Shown here piece by piece: positions 27,781 to 39,997 of a DNA stretch of 64,000 bases. The notes under the pieces were generated by a model, which ran no database searches, was not told the origin of the DNA, and was given only the letters and a program-made list of their open reading frames with translations. The position numbers and the translations under genes were made by a program. This DNA is from Nageia nagi (Eukaryota > Plantae > Pinophyta): assembly GCA_050084985.1 (NCBI GenBank), contig JBITNC010000001.1, positions 105,338,001-105,402,000 of the forward strand, given 5' to 3'. The first letter of the stretch is position 1. Every line of letters begins with the position of its first letter.

Positions 27781-30121
27781 GGGCCTTGGGATAGCCTAGT
27801 TTCATTTGGCTCAACTTGGACTTGACCTGGGTTCCCCTTTTTTCCCTAAACTCAACTTATGATTCCTAGACTTAGTCATTTTTTGAAGAATTTTGGTCAT
27901 TGTTTTTACATGGCTAAGGCCAGATGGATAATAACACTTAGGCTTGTGATGATAGGCATGATAACCAGGTAGGTAAAGCTTTCAAATAGGTATGACATAG
28001 ACATCACGTTGTGTGGACCTGAGTTGTAGTGGGTCCCCAAAATCATGAGATTTTGGGTTGTGTTGTGTAAGTCACAACAAATTGCAAATTAGATGGGTCT
28101 CTAGATACATGCAGGGCTTGCCTTGTAGGAAAAGAATATGCTTAAAATGAGGGAGTAGACTAAGGTGAAAGTTTTGCTCGAACTAGCAAACTTGTGTCTA
28201 TCAGGTCGTTGATCTTCATTTTTGCCTTGTATGGTTGGATTTGAAGAAGGGTTTATTGTATGAGGATTTGGATGAGTTGATGTGATATTGCCATAAGGGA
28301 TTCAAGTTCATTGAAGTAAACATCTAGTTTGTAGATAGATTAAATCCTTGTGTTGCTTAAACAAGTTCCTCTAGTTTTTTACATCAATATTGACCAACAT
28401 GTTAGCAAGCTTTATATGATTAGGCTGGTTGGTCAAGTAGTTAGGGATGTTAGCAACTCGATAGTTATGTAGTTTTGTAGTTATGATTAGGGTGGTTAAG
28501 TAGTTAGGGAAGTTTTTAGCTTGTAGTTATTTAATCCCCATTGTAAATCATATATGTATTTCAAGGTAATATTTACTCTGCATTTTAATTCCCCTCCAAA
28601 CTATTAACTAATCCTCACTTTGACATTTGACTTCCTCTAGTTCTTTTGTTGTGTTCCTCTTTAATATTTGTTTGTCTTGAGTTGAGCATGAACAAGAGAT
28701 GCTCTAGATTGTTGATGGTAATAATACAAGCTAGTGTGATATAAACCACAAGACATTCTCTAGAGAAATTGGTGTCCTCAAAATCTTCAACCATTAGGGG
28801 AGAGGGTTTAGACAAAGATGTTTTCCTACAAGCCCTTTAAGCTAGGTGTCTCATCGTTTAATCCTCAGCTGACACTATAGAGGAAAGGCATGAGGGATTA
28901 CTGGGTTTCATGAGTTTCTATATGGTAGCTTTCTAGGCATACAATTCCTTGAAATCCTCGCCTTACCATAGGGACATCCCAACAAATATGGACTCAAATG
29001 AATCCTTTGTGAAGGGGGCTAGGTACCCAGGGCATTAGCCCATTTCTGGGGATCTCACTCGGTGGAGAGCCTTTAGTAGCAGGATATAGTAGAGACACAC
29101 AAATAGGTGCTTTCAGATTGCCTTGTTAGGGTTGTGCTGCGTGAGAGAGACTATGGGAGCCTTCGCCCACCGTCTATGCCACACGCTACAATGCCAATGT
29201 CATCCTCTAGCTCACATTCTTTGCCAATGCCCTTCAACCTCTATGTGTTGCTTGTGTGGCATAACATTTTAGAGTGTTTGTTTCAATGCTATGAGCGGGT
29301 ATAAATAAACAAAAAAGTAATCATATAAAGAAAATATTGCTCCTCACCAATATAATGATACTCATGCATTCAAGTGAGCCAAGCTCATGTCATTGGTGCA
29401 TTCAATTGATGGAACCATTGCCAAATACAAGAGGTTTTGTTGAAGAATCCTCTTCAAAATCTGGCAGTAAAATAATGATGATTTAATATCTTTAGGGCAT
29501 GTTAGTTGCTCATCTTTGATCTATCTTCATGAATTGATTGATTGAGCAATTTGCTTTGCCATATACATGACTAAGACTCCTAATATTGTTCTTTAAATTT
29601 AGGGAGCTGAGTGTGGCCAACAATTTTTCAATCATGCATTTATTCTCAAGGTTGTGTTAATGATATCCTTTTAATCAGCCACTAATATTGCATTGCTGAT
29701 GCTGGCATTGAATTAGCTTGAAGGGTATTCATAGAACAGAAGGATTTTATCACCTTTTATTTATGGTTTTAAATGAGACCCTTGACTTTGAAAATGCTTG
29801 GCATTTTCCGGTAGCATATCCGCTTAAGTTGTAGCATTTGAGAGAGAGAAGACCACAATAATAATCTCTCTTATCTTTGTTGATATGATTCTATTACGAG
29901 GAGTATTTTAATGTTATTTATTCAATGCTATTTTGAAAAATATATCTTTAATACATATTTTCAATTTTATAAAGATATCTATTTTCCTAGTGAACTCATG
30001 AAAAATAGCATTTGTATATGTGCGTGTGTGTGTAAATGTCATGATATGTTTTCATTTTTATGTTGTGTAAACGCCTTTTAAAAGCTACGATATGTTTTCA
30101 TATTATTAATTAATATATTAA

Positions 30122-30526
30122 TGAAGTTCTTTAACTATAACAAAAAAAATGAATTGCCTAACAATTCACAATACAACTCAGAAAAATGAAATTGCACAAC
30201 TCAACAACAATGGAGAACTGAAATTGAATCCAACACCAAATTGATTATTGAGAATGCAAGCTACAACTCCAATACAACTCCACACACTTCGATGAAACTG
30301 TAAAATACATTACAAACATTTATAGAGGCCGTAGTCGACCTTTACCCTTCAGCCTAGAAGCTGAAACACCAAGAAACATGAACTGGAAAGCCACAGGAAG
30401 GAAAAACGACATACACAGAAAACAGAACTAGCCGGCAGGCCGGCTGCTTAGCCGAGTGGCCGGTTCACTTATTCTAGCCGGTTGGCCGGTTACAAGTAGC
30501 CGGTCGGTTGGTCTTCAAATTCTTCA
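30122..30526 (-). repeat. Copia 3' LTR
   Basis: TGAAG...CTTCA terminal inverted repeat; adjacent to the PPT (tactcccccttgct on +). Confidence 0.97.
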
Positions 30527-33500
30527 TACTCCCCCTTGCTGGTAAGAGGACTAACAATCAAGTCTCTTAACAGCACAAATTGAGATTTTGCCACCGATTT
30601 TGTGAAGATATCCGCCACTTGGTCTTGTGTTGGACAATACCTCAATTTTATCATTCCTTTCTCCACCAAATCTCGAATGAAATGAGTCTTCAAATCAAAG
30701 TGCTTGGTTCTAGAATGGTGGATAGGATTGTGTGCCAACTTGATGGCACTTTGGTTGTCACAAAAAATTGTTGTTTCTTGAGTTTGCTCCTCTCCAATTT
30801 CTTTCAACACTTTTCTCAACCATAGTGCTTGTGTTGAAGCACTTGTCATAGCCACATACTCAGCTTCTGTACTAGAAAGAGCTACTGTAGATTGTTTTCG
30901 AGAGCTCCATGATATCAAACCTGATCCAAGAGAGAAGCAATTCCCACTTGTGCTCTTTCTATCATCCAAATCGCTGCCCCAATCACTATCACTGAAACCT
31001 GTGAGTTGGAGCTTGGAATCACATGTATAATGTATTCCATAATCAATGGTTCCCTTCACATACCTCAGTATTCTTTTCGCTGCCTTGAGATGTACAGCAG
31101 ATGGATCACTCATGTATCTTGCCACCAAAGATACACTAAATTGCAAATCCGGTCTTGTGTTTGTCAAAAACATAAGACTGCCAACAATGCTCCTATATTG
31201 CTTTTTGTCAACTTTTGGTTCTCCATCCTCCTTGCAAAGGTGTTCTCCATGGGCTGTAGGTGTTGCTACAGGTGTGCAATTGTCCATTTTGAATCTTTTG
31301 AGCATGTCTTGCATATTTGGATTGAGACACAAAGATTTCATCTTGTGTTTGATGCACCTCCAAGCCAAGAAAGTAGCTCATCAAACCAAGATCTTTCATG
31401 TCAAACTCAGCCATCATATGAGTTTTGAACTCTTCATTCATCTTCTTATTGCTGCCCATGAATATCAAATCATCTACATACAAGCAAACAGTCAATATAT
31501 CAGTAGCACTTTTCTTAAAATACAAGGTAGGTTCACTTACACTTCTTTGAAAACCCACACTTTTGAAGTATTCATCAATTCTTGTATACCAAGCTCTTGG
31601 AGCTTGCTTCAGCCCATATAGTGCCTTCTTGAGCTTGTATACATGGTCTTCTCTTCCTGAAACCTCAAAACCTTGAGGTTGTGCTACATACACCTCTTCA
31701 TTGATGCCACCATTCAAAAACGCACTTTTCACATCCATGTGTTGGACTGTCCAACCCTTACTTGCTGCCAAAGAGAGTGCCAATTTGATTGTTTCTTGTC
31801 TTGCAACCGGTGCAAATGTCTCCTCAAAATCCACTCCATACTGCTGAGTGAATCCCTTTGCCACTAGCCTTGCTTTGTACCTCTCAACACTACCATCACT
31901 CTTGCATTTTGTTTTGTACACCCATTTGGAACCAACCATTTTCTTACCTTTGGGCAACTTGCAAAGTTCCCAAGTATCATTTCTTTCAATAGCATCAATC
32001 TCTTCTTTCATAGCTTGCATCCAAACAGCATTAGAACAAGCTTCTTCATAACAAGATGGCTCAACAACAGCAATATTTGTATTTGAAATAGATTTTGAAA
32101 CACAAGAAAGAGCATAATTTACCACTTCACCTTTGGGCTCTCCATTGTCTTCATCTCCATATATGTGCATGCTCTCTAATCTTGCAACAAGATTTTGCAT
32201 CTCTTGAGTTTGGCTCCTTGTGAATCTTCTCATAGAGTTGCCATCTATGATTTGGCTTTCCGGATGATCCCTCAACCATCTCTTACCTTTGTTACCTTGG
32301 TTCAACAATCTTGCATTGGGTGAACTTGGTGCACTTACACTTTTTGGTGACGTGTTGGAGCTAGATGATGATGTTGGTGAGCTTGGAGTACTCACACTTG
32401 ATGGCTGTTCCTCATTTTTCTTCCTCACACCATGGCTGGGCTGCACTTTCAATGCTTCATTCTCCTCCAAACTATCTCCTCCAAATACATTCTGCTGCAA
32501 TTTTTTATGGCTGTTGTACTCTCCCCCTTCATCAAAAATTGCATCTCTTGATACAATTGTTTTGTGGCTTTTGGGATTATAAAATTTGTAAGCTTTTGAA
32601 TGCTCACAATATCCTATAAACACACATGGTTCAGATTTGGCATCTAGTTTCCTCCTTCTTTCATCATTGATGTGCACATATGCAAGGCATCCAAACACTT
32701 TGAAGTGTTCTAAATTTGGTTTTCTCTCAAACCAAGCTTCATAGGGAGTTATTTTGTCCAAGCTTCTTGTAGGAGACCGGTTCAAAATATACATTGCTGT
32801 TTTAATTGCTTCAGCCCAATAAACATTGGGCAACTTCTTGCTTTGCAACATACTCCTTGCCATCTCAACAAGAGTCCTATTTTTCCTTTCCGCTACACCA
32901 TTTTGCTGTGGTGTGTAGGGAGAAGTAAGGTGTCTCCTAATACCATTCTCTTTACAAAATTGAAAGAACTCACTGCTGCAATATTCTCCTCCTCTATCAC
33001 TTCTTAAGCACTTCACACTATGCTCACTTTGTTTCTCAACTAGCAATTTAAATTCTTTAAAATATTTCAATGCTTCATCTTTGCTTGAGATAAAATAAAC
33101 CCAACACATTCTTGTAAAATCATCAATGAAAGTGATAAAGTAAGTAGACTTACCAAAGCTTGCTGTTTGCATAGGCCCACAAATATCAGTATGGACCAAT
33201 TGGAGAGGGTGTTTGGCTCTCCATGCTTCATCCTTTGGAAACTTCCCCCTTGCTTGCTTGCCTAGTGCACATCCTTCACACACATCCTTGCATTCTTCTA
33301 GTTTTGGCAGCCCTCTAACCATTTCCAGAAGAGCTTTCAAGCTCCCAAAATTCAAGTGTCCAAGCCTCATATGCCAAAGCTTGCTTTTATCCTCAATCCC
33401 AACAAAAACACAGCCACCATTTTTCTCAAAAAATTTAATGGGAAAGTTTATTTTCAGTAATTTGAACAGTAGTTACTAGCCTTCCTTCATGATTTTTATC

Positions 33501-34793
33501 ATAAATTTTGCACATTCTATCTTCAAACACCAATTTGTAATTTTTCTCAAGCATTTGGCCAATACTCAATAAACTTTGTTTTAAATCCGGAGTGTAGTAA
33601 ATGTTCTTTACCTTCATGGTTTCTTGTTTTGTTGGAACTTGCATCTCTCCTTTGCCAAGTATCTCCAACCTCTTCTCATTTCCCAACCGCACACTGGATT
33701 TGTAGGAATGATCAACCGCTGAAAGTAAAGATTTCTCACCGGTCATGTGGTTTGAGCAGCCACTATCTAACAGCCAAGTCTCTTCTCCAAGTTTCTCACA
33801 ATCCATCATTGATAAGAACAATTGTTCTTCACCATAACCATGTTCTTCTTCTCCATAGTTTGCAGCCTTCCCTTCATTTGCTTGTTTTGATCTACATTCA
33901 TACTCAAAATGGCCAAATTTATTACAATAAAAACATTGCATATTCCTCTTATCCTTACCTCTACCAGTTCCTCTTCTGGAGTGTCTCCCCCTTGATGATG
34001 AAGCTGGTTCACTTTCATAATTCTGCTCTCTTCCTCTACCTCTTCCAAACGAACCTCTTCTTCCTCCTCTTCCGGTTCTGCCTCCTCTTCCTCTTGCACC
34101 TCTCCCTTGTCCTCTTCCTTGTCCTTCATTCTCTTTGATAGAGAATGCTTGCTCATCACTATTGCTTGTTCCAGCCTTTGTCCTCTTTGTCATCCTCTCT
34201 TCATGAGATGTGAGAGAGCCAATCAAATTGTCAATTTCCAAGGATGAGAGGTCTTTTGTTTCTTCAATTATGAGTGCAGCATGGTCAAATTTTTCGGTTA
34301 AGGTTCTCAAAACCTTCTTAATGAAAACCTCCTTTTTAGTCTTCTCTCCAAGAGTGGCCATCTTATTGACTATGGCTTTCACTCTCACACAATAATCTCT
34401 AGCAGTCTCCTTCTCCTCTTGCTTCATATTTTCAAACTCCCTTCTCAATGTTTGGAGTTTTACTTCCTTCACCTTGAGGCTCCCTTGATAGCCTTCTCTC
34501 AAGATTGCCCATGCTTCTTGGGCTGAGACACATGCTGAGATTCGTGGGAAGATGCTCCTGTTTAAGGTTGCTTGTACAAAGGACAGAGCCATGGAGTTTT
34601 GTCTCTCATTCTCCTTTGCTTCCTTCTTTGCATCCGCACTCAATGCACTCCAATCTGCCGGTTCAGTGTAGCCAGCCACTACAATGTCCCAATATCCTTT
34701 GCCGGTCAGTAGAGTCTTCATTTGAACACTCCAATATTCATAGTCTGCTCCATCAAACTCTGGAATGATGATTGAGTTGGAGTTGCTTGCCAT
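30490..34793 (-). pseudogene. Copia gag-pol polyprotein with two frameshifts and no other premature stops
   Basis: ATG 34793 (MASNSNS..FDGADYEYW); CFYCNKFGHFEYEC knuckle; WLLDSGCS protease; HLNF..CEGC, VHTDICG, RSDRGGE, NGVAER integrase; YVDD RT; SDSDW..EAEY..CDNQSA RNase H. Frameshifts near 33440 and 31310; the last ORF reads through the PPT into the 3' LTR. Confidence 0.95.
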
Positions 34794-34842
34794 GTCTTCA
34801 CTTCTTGAACCCAAATTGATCCAACCTTGTTCTGATACCAAA

Positions 34843-35247
34843 TGAAGTTCTTTAACTATAACAAAAAAAATGAATTGCCTAACAATTCACAATACAACTC
34901 AGAAAAATGAAATTGCACAACTCAACAACAATGGAGAACTGAAATTGAATCCAACACCAAATTGATTATTGAGAATGCAAGCTACAACTCCAATACAACT
35001 CCACACACTTCGATGAAACTGCAAAATACATTACAAACATTTATAGAGGCCGTAGTCGACCTTTACCCTTCAGCCTAGAAGCTGAAACACCAAGAAACAT
35101 GAACTGGAAAGCCACAGGAAGGAAAAACGACATACACAGAAAACAGAACTAGCCGGCAGGCCGGCTGCTTAGCCGAGTGGCCGGTTCACTTATTCTAGCC
35201 GGTTGGCTGGTTACAGGTAGCCGGTCGGTTGGTCTTCAAATTCTTGA
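34843..35247 (-). repeat. Copia 5' LTR
   Basis: ~99% identical to 30122-30526; the outer terminus reads ...CTTGA instead of ...CTTCA. Confidence 0.97.
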
Positions 35248-35582
35248 ATTAATATAATACAAAATTTATTTGAGCGTTGTATATTAATAATTGATGTTGA
35301 CGAGCATGTAAACACTTTCCACACAAAAATAAACACATTGTCACAAGCGTTTTAGCTCAATGTCAATGCATTTGCCAGTGCACATGTACAAACATATATC
35401 AATACACAAACTAAGAAAGATAAATGGTTCAAATACAAACAAACCGGATGGAAACCACGAGAAGAATGGATCAAGTTTAACTTAGACAGGGCAGCAGTAG
35501 GCAACTTAAGCTAAGACAATGATAGTAGAATAAGACTGTGTCAAACTCTTCAACTGAAAATGTTTTAAATGGAAAAAGATTC

Positions 35583-36924
35583 TGTTATGTCCCAAAGTGA
35601 AATACAAACTCTAGGTATGCATATTTATTCAAATTATGCCCTAGAATTTCAGATCGGAATAAATACTGAAATAAATTGCAAATTCAATCCCTAAGTATAC
35701 AGATCTACTCAAATCAACAATACCCAAAATCTCCAAAAAGACGAAATAGTTCAGCAAACCCCAGATCTATTTGATCACTATTCGAATCAAATCCTTACTA
35801 TTTAGATCACAACATAAATATTCAGATCACTTCAATATACTGCTAATCTTGGCTTTATTTATGACAAGAATGCCATTGCAATAATTAAACCCTTGATCTA
35901 TAAAATGGACAACTCCAATATAATGAAAAACTTTGGATCTAGAGTAGTTAAATGCTGATCTACTCAAACCCTAGCTAAATACCACAGACCACACCTTAAA
36001 CAGCGATGAAGACCCACAAGACTCATAGATCCAGCATCCAATGCTGGACGCCTAGTATGATGCTCACAATCTGAATGCTGGACGTACCAGTGTGGAGTCA
36101 CAAACTGGATGCAAAACACTGAAATGGTCTCCAAACCCTTGGATCATAATGCAGAACTCCTCCAAGACTGAATGCCTGAAGGGGAGGAGCTCAATTTGCT
36201 GCAAATCACTCAAAATACTGGAAGCCCTGATGAAGAAACTCAAAACCCTTGATTTGATTGTAAATTCTCTGATTTGGTCACCAGCTCTTGATTCTGATCT
36301 TTAATCTCTGCAAACTCTGATCTCAACTCAGATCTGATTATAATCAACAAATCTAATCCAAAACCTTCAGATCTGATAGATCTAGTCATAATACCTTCAG
36401 ATCTGATGGATATATTCACAATACCTTAAGATCTAATAGATCTATTCACAATTCCTTCAGATCTGGTCTCAAACTCAGATTTGATCTGAAACTTGTTCAG
36501 AAATCTCTCTTCTTCAACGATACAACACAAATGTAAACGGTTGATGTATTTACCACATAAAACTCAAGACTGTTCTTCCTTAAGCAAATACCAAGAGGTT
36601 GGCCTTCCTGTAGGGTTCCCACTCATGTATGGTTTCGGACTACAGAAAGAATAGAGATTGCTGCTCTAACAATGTTCGCCAAAATATCAGTTGTAAAATG
36701 ATAAAAAAGTAATCCAAATGAAGTGCTCTTTCCCTTTAAGCATTCACTGAAACGCCTTCTAATCCTTCATCAAGTTTATTTTATTATAATATAATATAAA
36801 GTATCATTTAATTATTTTAGAATCTTCCTAATACTACCAAAAGGGGCATCCTATTTCCCATGTGCTTAATTAAACATTATAAAACATTAATGAAAAAATG
36901 GGCATCCATATTGGGGATATTACA
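35583..36924. mobile_element. Solo LTR (1,342 bp)
   Basis: Ends TGTTATGTCCC and GGGGATATTACA (imperfect ~11-bp inverted repeat); perfect TSD GATTC (35578-35582, 36925-36929); no coding domains. Confidence 0.88.
36361..36466. repeat. 30-bp tandem repeat x3.5 with an AGATCT palindromic core, inside the solo LTR
   Basis: Unit ~ataccttcagatctgatagatctattcaca starting at 36361, 36391, 36421, 36451. Confidence 0.85.
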
Positions 36925-39616
36925 GATTCAATGATCATCACTAGTGCTCTAAAGGTGGTAAGGTTTGAGAATAGGAAGCTAGTTTCAATCATTGAAGAGT
37001 CAATCAAAAGTCCCAGAACTATTGAGGCGACTGGTTTTCAATATGGGTACAGAGAAGCAAACAAACTAGCAGACCTTGCAAACAGAGTCTGGGCAATCAC
37101 TCATGAGATAAAAGTAAAAAAGAGGTGAATGGGTTATAGAAATTATTGCCTTAGCCAACAAAGAGCTGCCAGACAAGCCCCTATCCAATAAAATTTTTAG
37201 ACATTATAAAGGGTAAATGGCTATGTCTTAGACTCTTAAGTTCTCAATAATCATAGATGGTGATAGATTTGCCCTTTTTGATAATTGAAAGTAAAAGCAC
37301 CAAATTCATTGGACTGAGAAGCCTTAGTCCTCTGCTAGGGATAAAAACATGACACCCAACCAACATGGATGAGGCAGAAGCCGTGAATAGTGTGAAGCAG
37401 AAAGGCATGCATGGGGGTAACTTCTGATTTCTCTGTTTTCTTTACTGTAACTAGGTTAGGTTCAAGCTTCTTTCTTCTCTGTCTCGATACATGTGGTTAT
37501 AGATAGTCTTATCTTGTTGAGTTCTGCTAGCCCTGGAGTTATGTATAACTTTAAATGTGGTGGTGTTAATGAGATAGTCTTTCATGAAGGTCTGTTAAGT
37601 TTATCATCGGTTTAGTAGTGTCGGCCTGGATAATGATGCAATCATAAGCTCTGAATTGCCTAGTGAATATAAAATCTTAAGTTTATGACTTCTTAGTGTT
37701 GATTTTATGAGGAACCATGGTGCAAACCTGTGGCTTTCTTATCATGGTCTCTGATGCTACTTGCATCAGAAGAATGTTACACTCAATTGTATATGAATAT
37801 AATAATATATGCAGTTCTGAATTGCCAATAAGATTAGTTTATTCTTAATTGTTATATTTTTTTATTCTTCAAAAATCATCTTCAATGGGTTATGTAATGC
37901 ATGATTATCAGAGGTAAAGAGACATGCTTTACCTAGGCTTTTGTTTAGGCTTCCCGTCAGCTGTTCTGATCCAAGGCTGATAGCCAGGATACTGTGAGAA
38001 GGCAGATAAGAAATATGGTTAGACTGCATTTTCAATAGCACAATCATTATGTTTTCTTATAAATTTGAATGAATCTGTCTCAGTTGAAGTTAGATGGCAT
38101 TTGAAGCATTTTCTTTCTCTTCTGTTATAAGTCTAACTTGATCAGATGAACTTATTGTGAATTTCTGGTGACACTTGAGATTCTCAGTTCTAGTTCCAAA
38201 TCCAGTCTGTATGATTATGGCTGTGTTAGGGTTGTATGCTACCAAAATGAGTTTGTTAGATCATTCTTAGCCTGTAGCTATCAGCTGTTTTCAGGCCTCC
38301 GTGGAGGGGATAGCACAAAGGACGGACTGATATGTGTCAAGACCTGATCATACGTCAGCCACTATCTTTTGAAAACTTATGAACCGGAAAAGAAACCGTG
38401 AAAGTCAGTATGTCAGTTTGGGGAGATGGTAAAAAGAATGAAGACAAGCTTGGAGGATATTGCTCTGATGATTCTGTTTACATTGTTGCATTGCAACTGA
38501 TTTCTTATTTGTCACTTTGCAAAGGATTGCCCTCTGGTGAATATTTAGCTTTATTCATATTTTCTTATTTTGCCTATTTTGTTATCCTTAATTCTTGATT
38601 TGCCTTTGAACTATTTGTGGTTCACAATGGCTTTCATGTTAAAATCTCAATCTCTCTCTCTCCATATATATATACACACACTCACACCTACACTCCCAAA
38701 ACCCCGCTCATCTGCTATTGTAGGTTGCACATAGACATAATTATACATACTGAAGGACTCAATGACACTATCACCACCTGTCTAGGTTAGGTCTTTTCGA
38801 ATTCTTTAGGAACCTTCCAACCCCATCCCTGACAGCCATTGTGGGTTATGCTTCTTGTTACAGTAAGTAGTAACATGAGTTGACCTAGCTCTACATGGGA
38901 TTCAAGAAACTTCACAGTATTAAAATGTAACTACTATGCATCAATGTGCATGTAGATAACATAGTAAGAGCTAGAATACTCATATTTGTACCAAGAATAA
39001 TACTGTGTATGTCATGCAAAACTCCCTGGGCTTTTCTTCATCCTTTTCCCAGATGTTCCATTATGTACAATACTCTATGACATTGGGTTAAATTTTGTAG
39101 ATGGAAGGTGCTAGTGTAGACAATGAAGAATTTTTTTATTATTGTAATGGGTAAGCTGGCAAAACCTATTCAAAATGAGGTATTATGTAGAGTTGATGTA
39201 GTCAAGTATGAGATACTATTTCTCCTGTTTAGAATTTTAGTTCTCTAATGCGAAATTATGCAGAAAATCCATATTCTAAGTACATGTATTTATCAAGTTT
39301 AAGACAATTTCTTCAAATTAGTTTCCTTTTTTTGTGTTTATGAATATACCTGCTGGTGACAAGAACTGCTATTAACAGCAGCATATTATATTAGTGTTAT
39401 TTTCTTTTCTCTATATTCAAGTGAATTTCAAGTTTTTATTTTGATGATTTATTTTGTTGATTCTTATGAAGTGTCTTGAATATTTTGATTTCATAAGCTG
39501 TCTAGCATATGCATTGTTATTTCTATAACATACGTTTGCCTCAGCTCAGGTGAATTTTTCCATCATGAAGTGATTCTCAATGGAAACCTCAAGGCTTTAT
39601 AACGTGCAAACTTCAG

Positions 39617-39862
39617 GTTGAAGGTCTCTTAGAGACCATAAAGTGGGATGAGAAAGGCTTGGTGGTGGCAATTGCTCAACATATTGATACAGGAGCTATT
39701 CTGATGCAAGCTTTTGCAAACAAGGATGCTGTTTTCAAAACATTGATGTCTCGAAAGGCCACATTCTACAGTCGGTCCCGATCGTCACTGTGGACTAAGG
39801 GGGAAACCTCTTCCAATTTCATAAATGTGTCAGATGTTTTTTTCGATTGCGATTGTGATTCA
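39617..39862 (+). CDS. HISN2: HISN2 exon 2 (PRA-CH / HisI domain)
   Basis: cttcag|GTT; VEGLLETIKWDEKGLVVAIAQHIDTGAILMQAFAN...FYSRSRSSLWTKGETSSNF...DCDCDS; donor TCA|GTGAG. Confidence 0.95.
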
Positions 39863-39997
39863 GTGAGGGCTTGTTTGAACTTTGACCTTCAGCTTCTTTT
39901 ATTGCCCGATGTATTTTTTCCAGATTGTCTGAATGCCATTCTTTTCAGTTTTATTGGGCATATTAATAGTTGACGACTTCAAATCTTGATTTTTCAG

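Larger units (their letters stand above)
25471..28079 (-). mobile_element. Solo-LTR-like element carrying an internal ORF, copy A (2,609 bp, internally deleted)
   Basis: Ends TGTTG (25471) and CAACA (28079); perfect TSD AATTG (25466-25470, 28080-28084). Reverse-complement homologous to 43865-49597 at both ends and in the ORF. No direct terminal repeats, PBS or PPT. Confidence 0.9.
23940..28300 (+). mobile_element. Highly decayed Ty1/copia remnant, interrupted within RT by the 25471-28079 insertion
   Basis: Residual motifs WYLDSGVSKYIT (~24250), KLDSKS..KAYRL (~24935-25000), TYEEA / YDTLMKNKAW (~25350-25432). After the insertion, KLDGSLD..RACLVGK.YA..GVD..ESFA (~28085-28180). Confidence 0.7.
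30122..35247 (-). mobile_element. Young full-length Ty1/copia retrotransposon (5,126 bp; Ivana/Ale-like architecture)
   Basis: 405-bp LTRs at 30122-30526 and 34843-35247 with 4 substitutions; TSD ATTAA (30117-30121, 35248-35252); PBS 34829-34840 (TGGTATCAGAAC); PPT 30527-30540; gag-PR-IN-RT-RH. Confidence 0.98.
35430..37128 (+). mobile_element. L1-type LINE RNase H-like (RVT_3) remnant, split by a solo LTR
   Basis: WKPREEWIKFNLDRAAVGN (~35449-35505; cf. W.PP..GW.K.N.DGA..GNPG). EKDS|MIITSAL motif split at the TSD. YREANKLADLAN (~37048-37083). Confidence 0.7.

Noticed and set aside
28780-29260. GC-richer island, possible SINE, Cassandra/5S or structured RNA
   Set aside because: No A/B boxes, 5S similarity, poly(A) tail or TSD could be identified by eye.
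30580-34768. Numerous + strand ORFs over the young copia
   Set aside because: Antisense shadows of the gag-pol reading frame.
38295-38400. Extra HISN2 exon after ttttcag at 38294
   Set aside because: Not needed for the HisIE alignment, no HisIE similarity, and only a weak donor.
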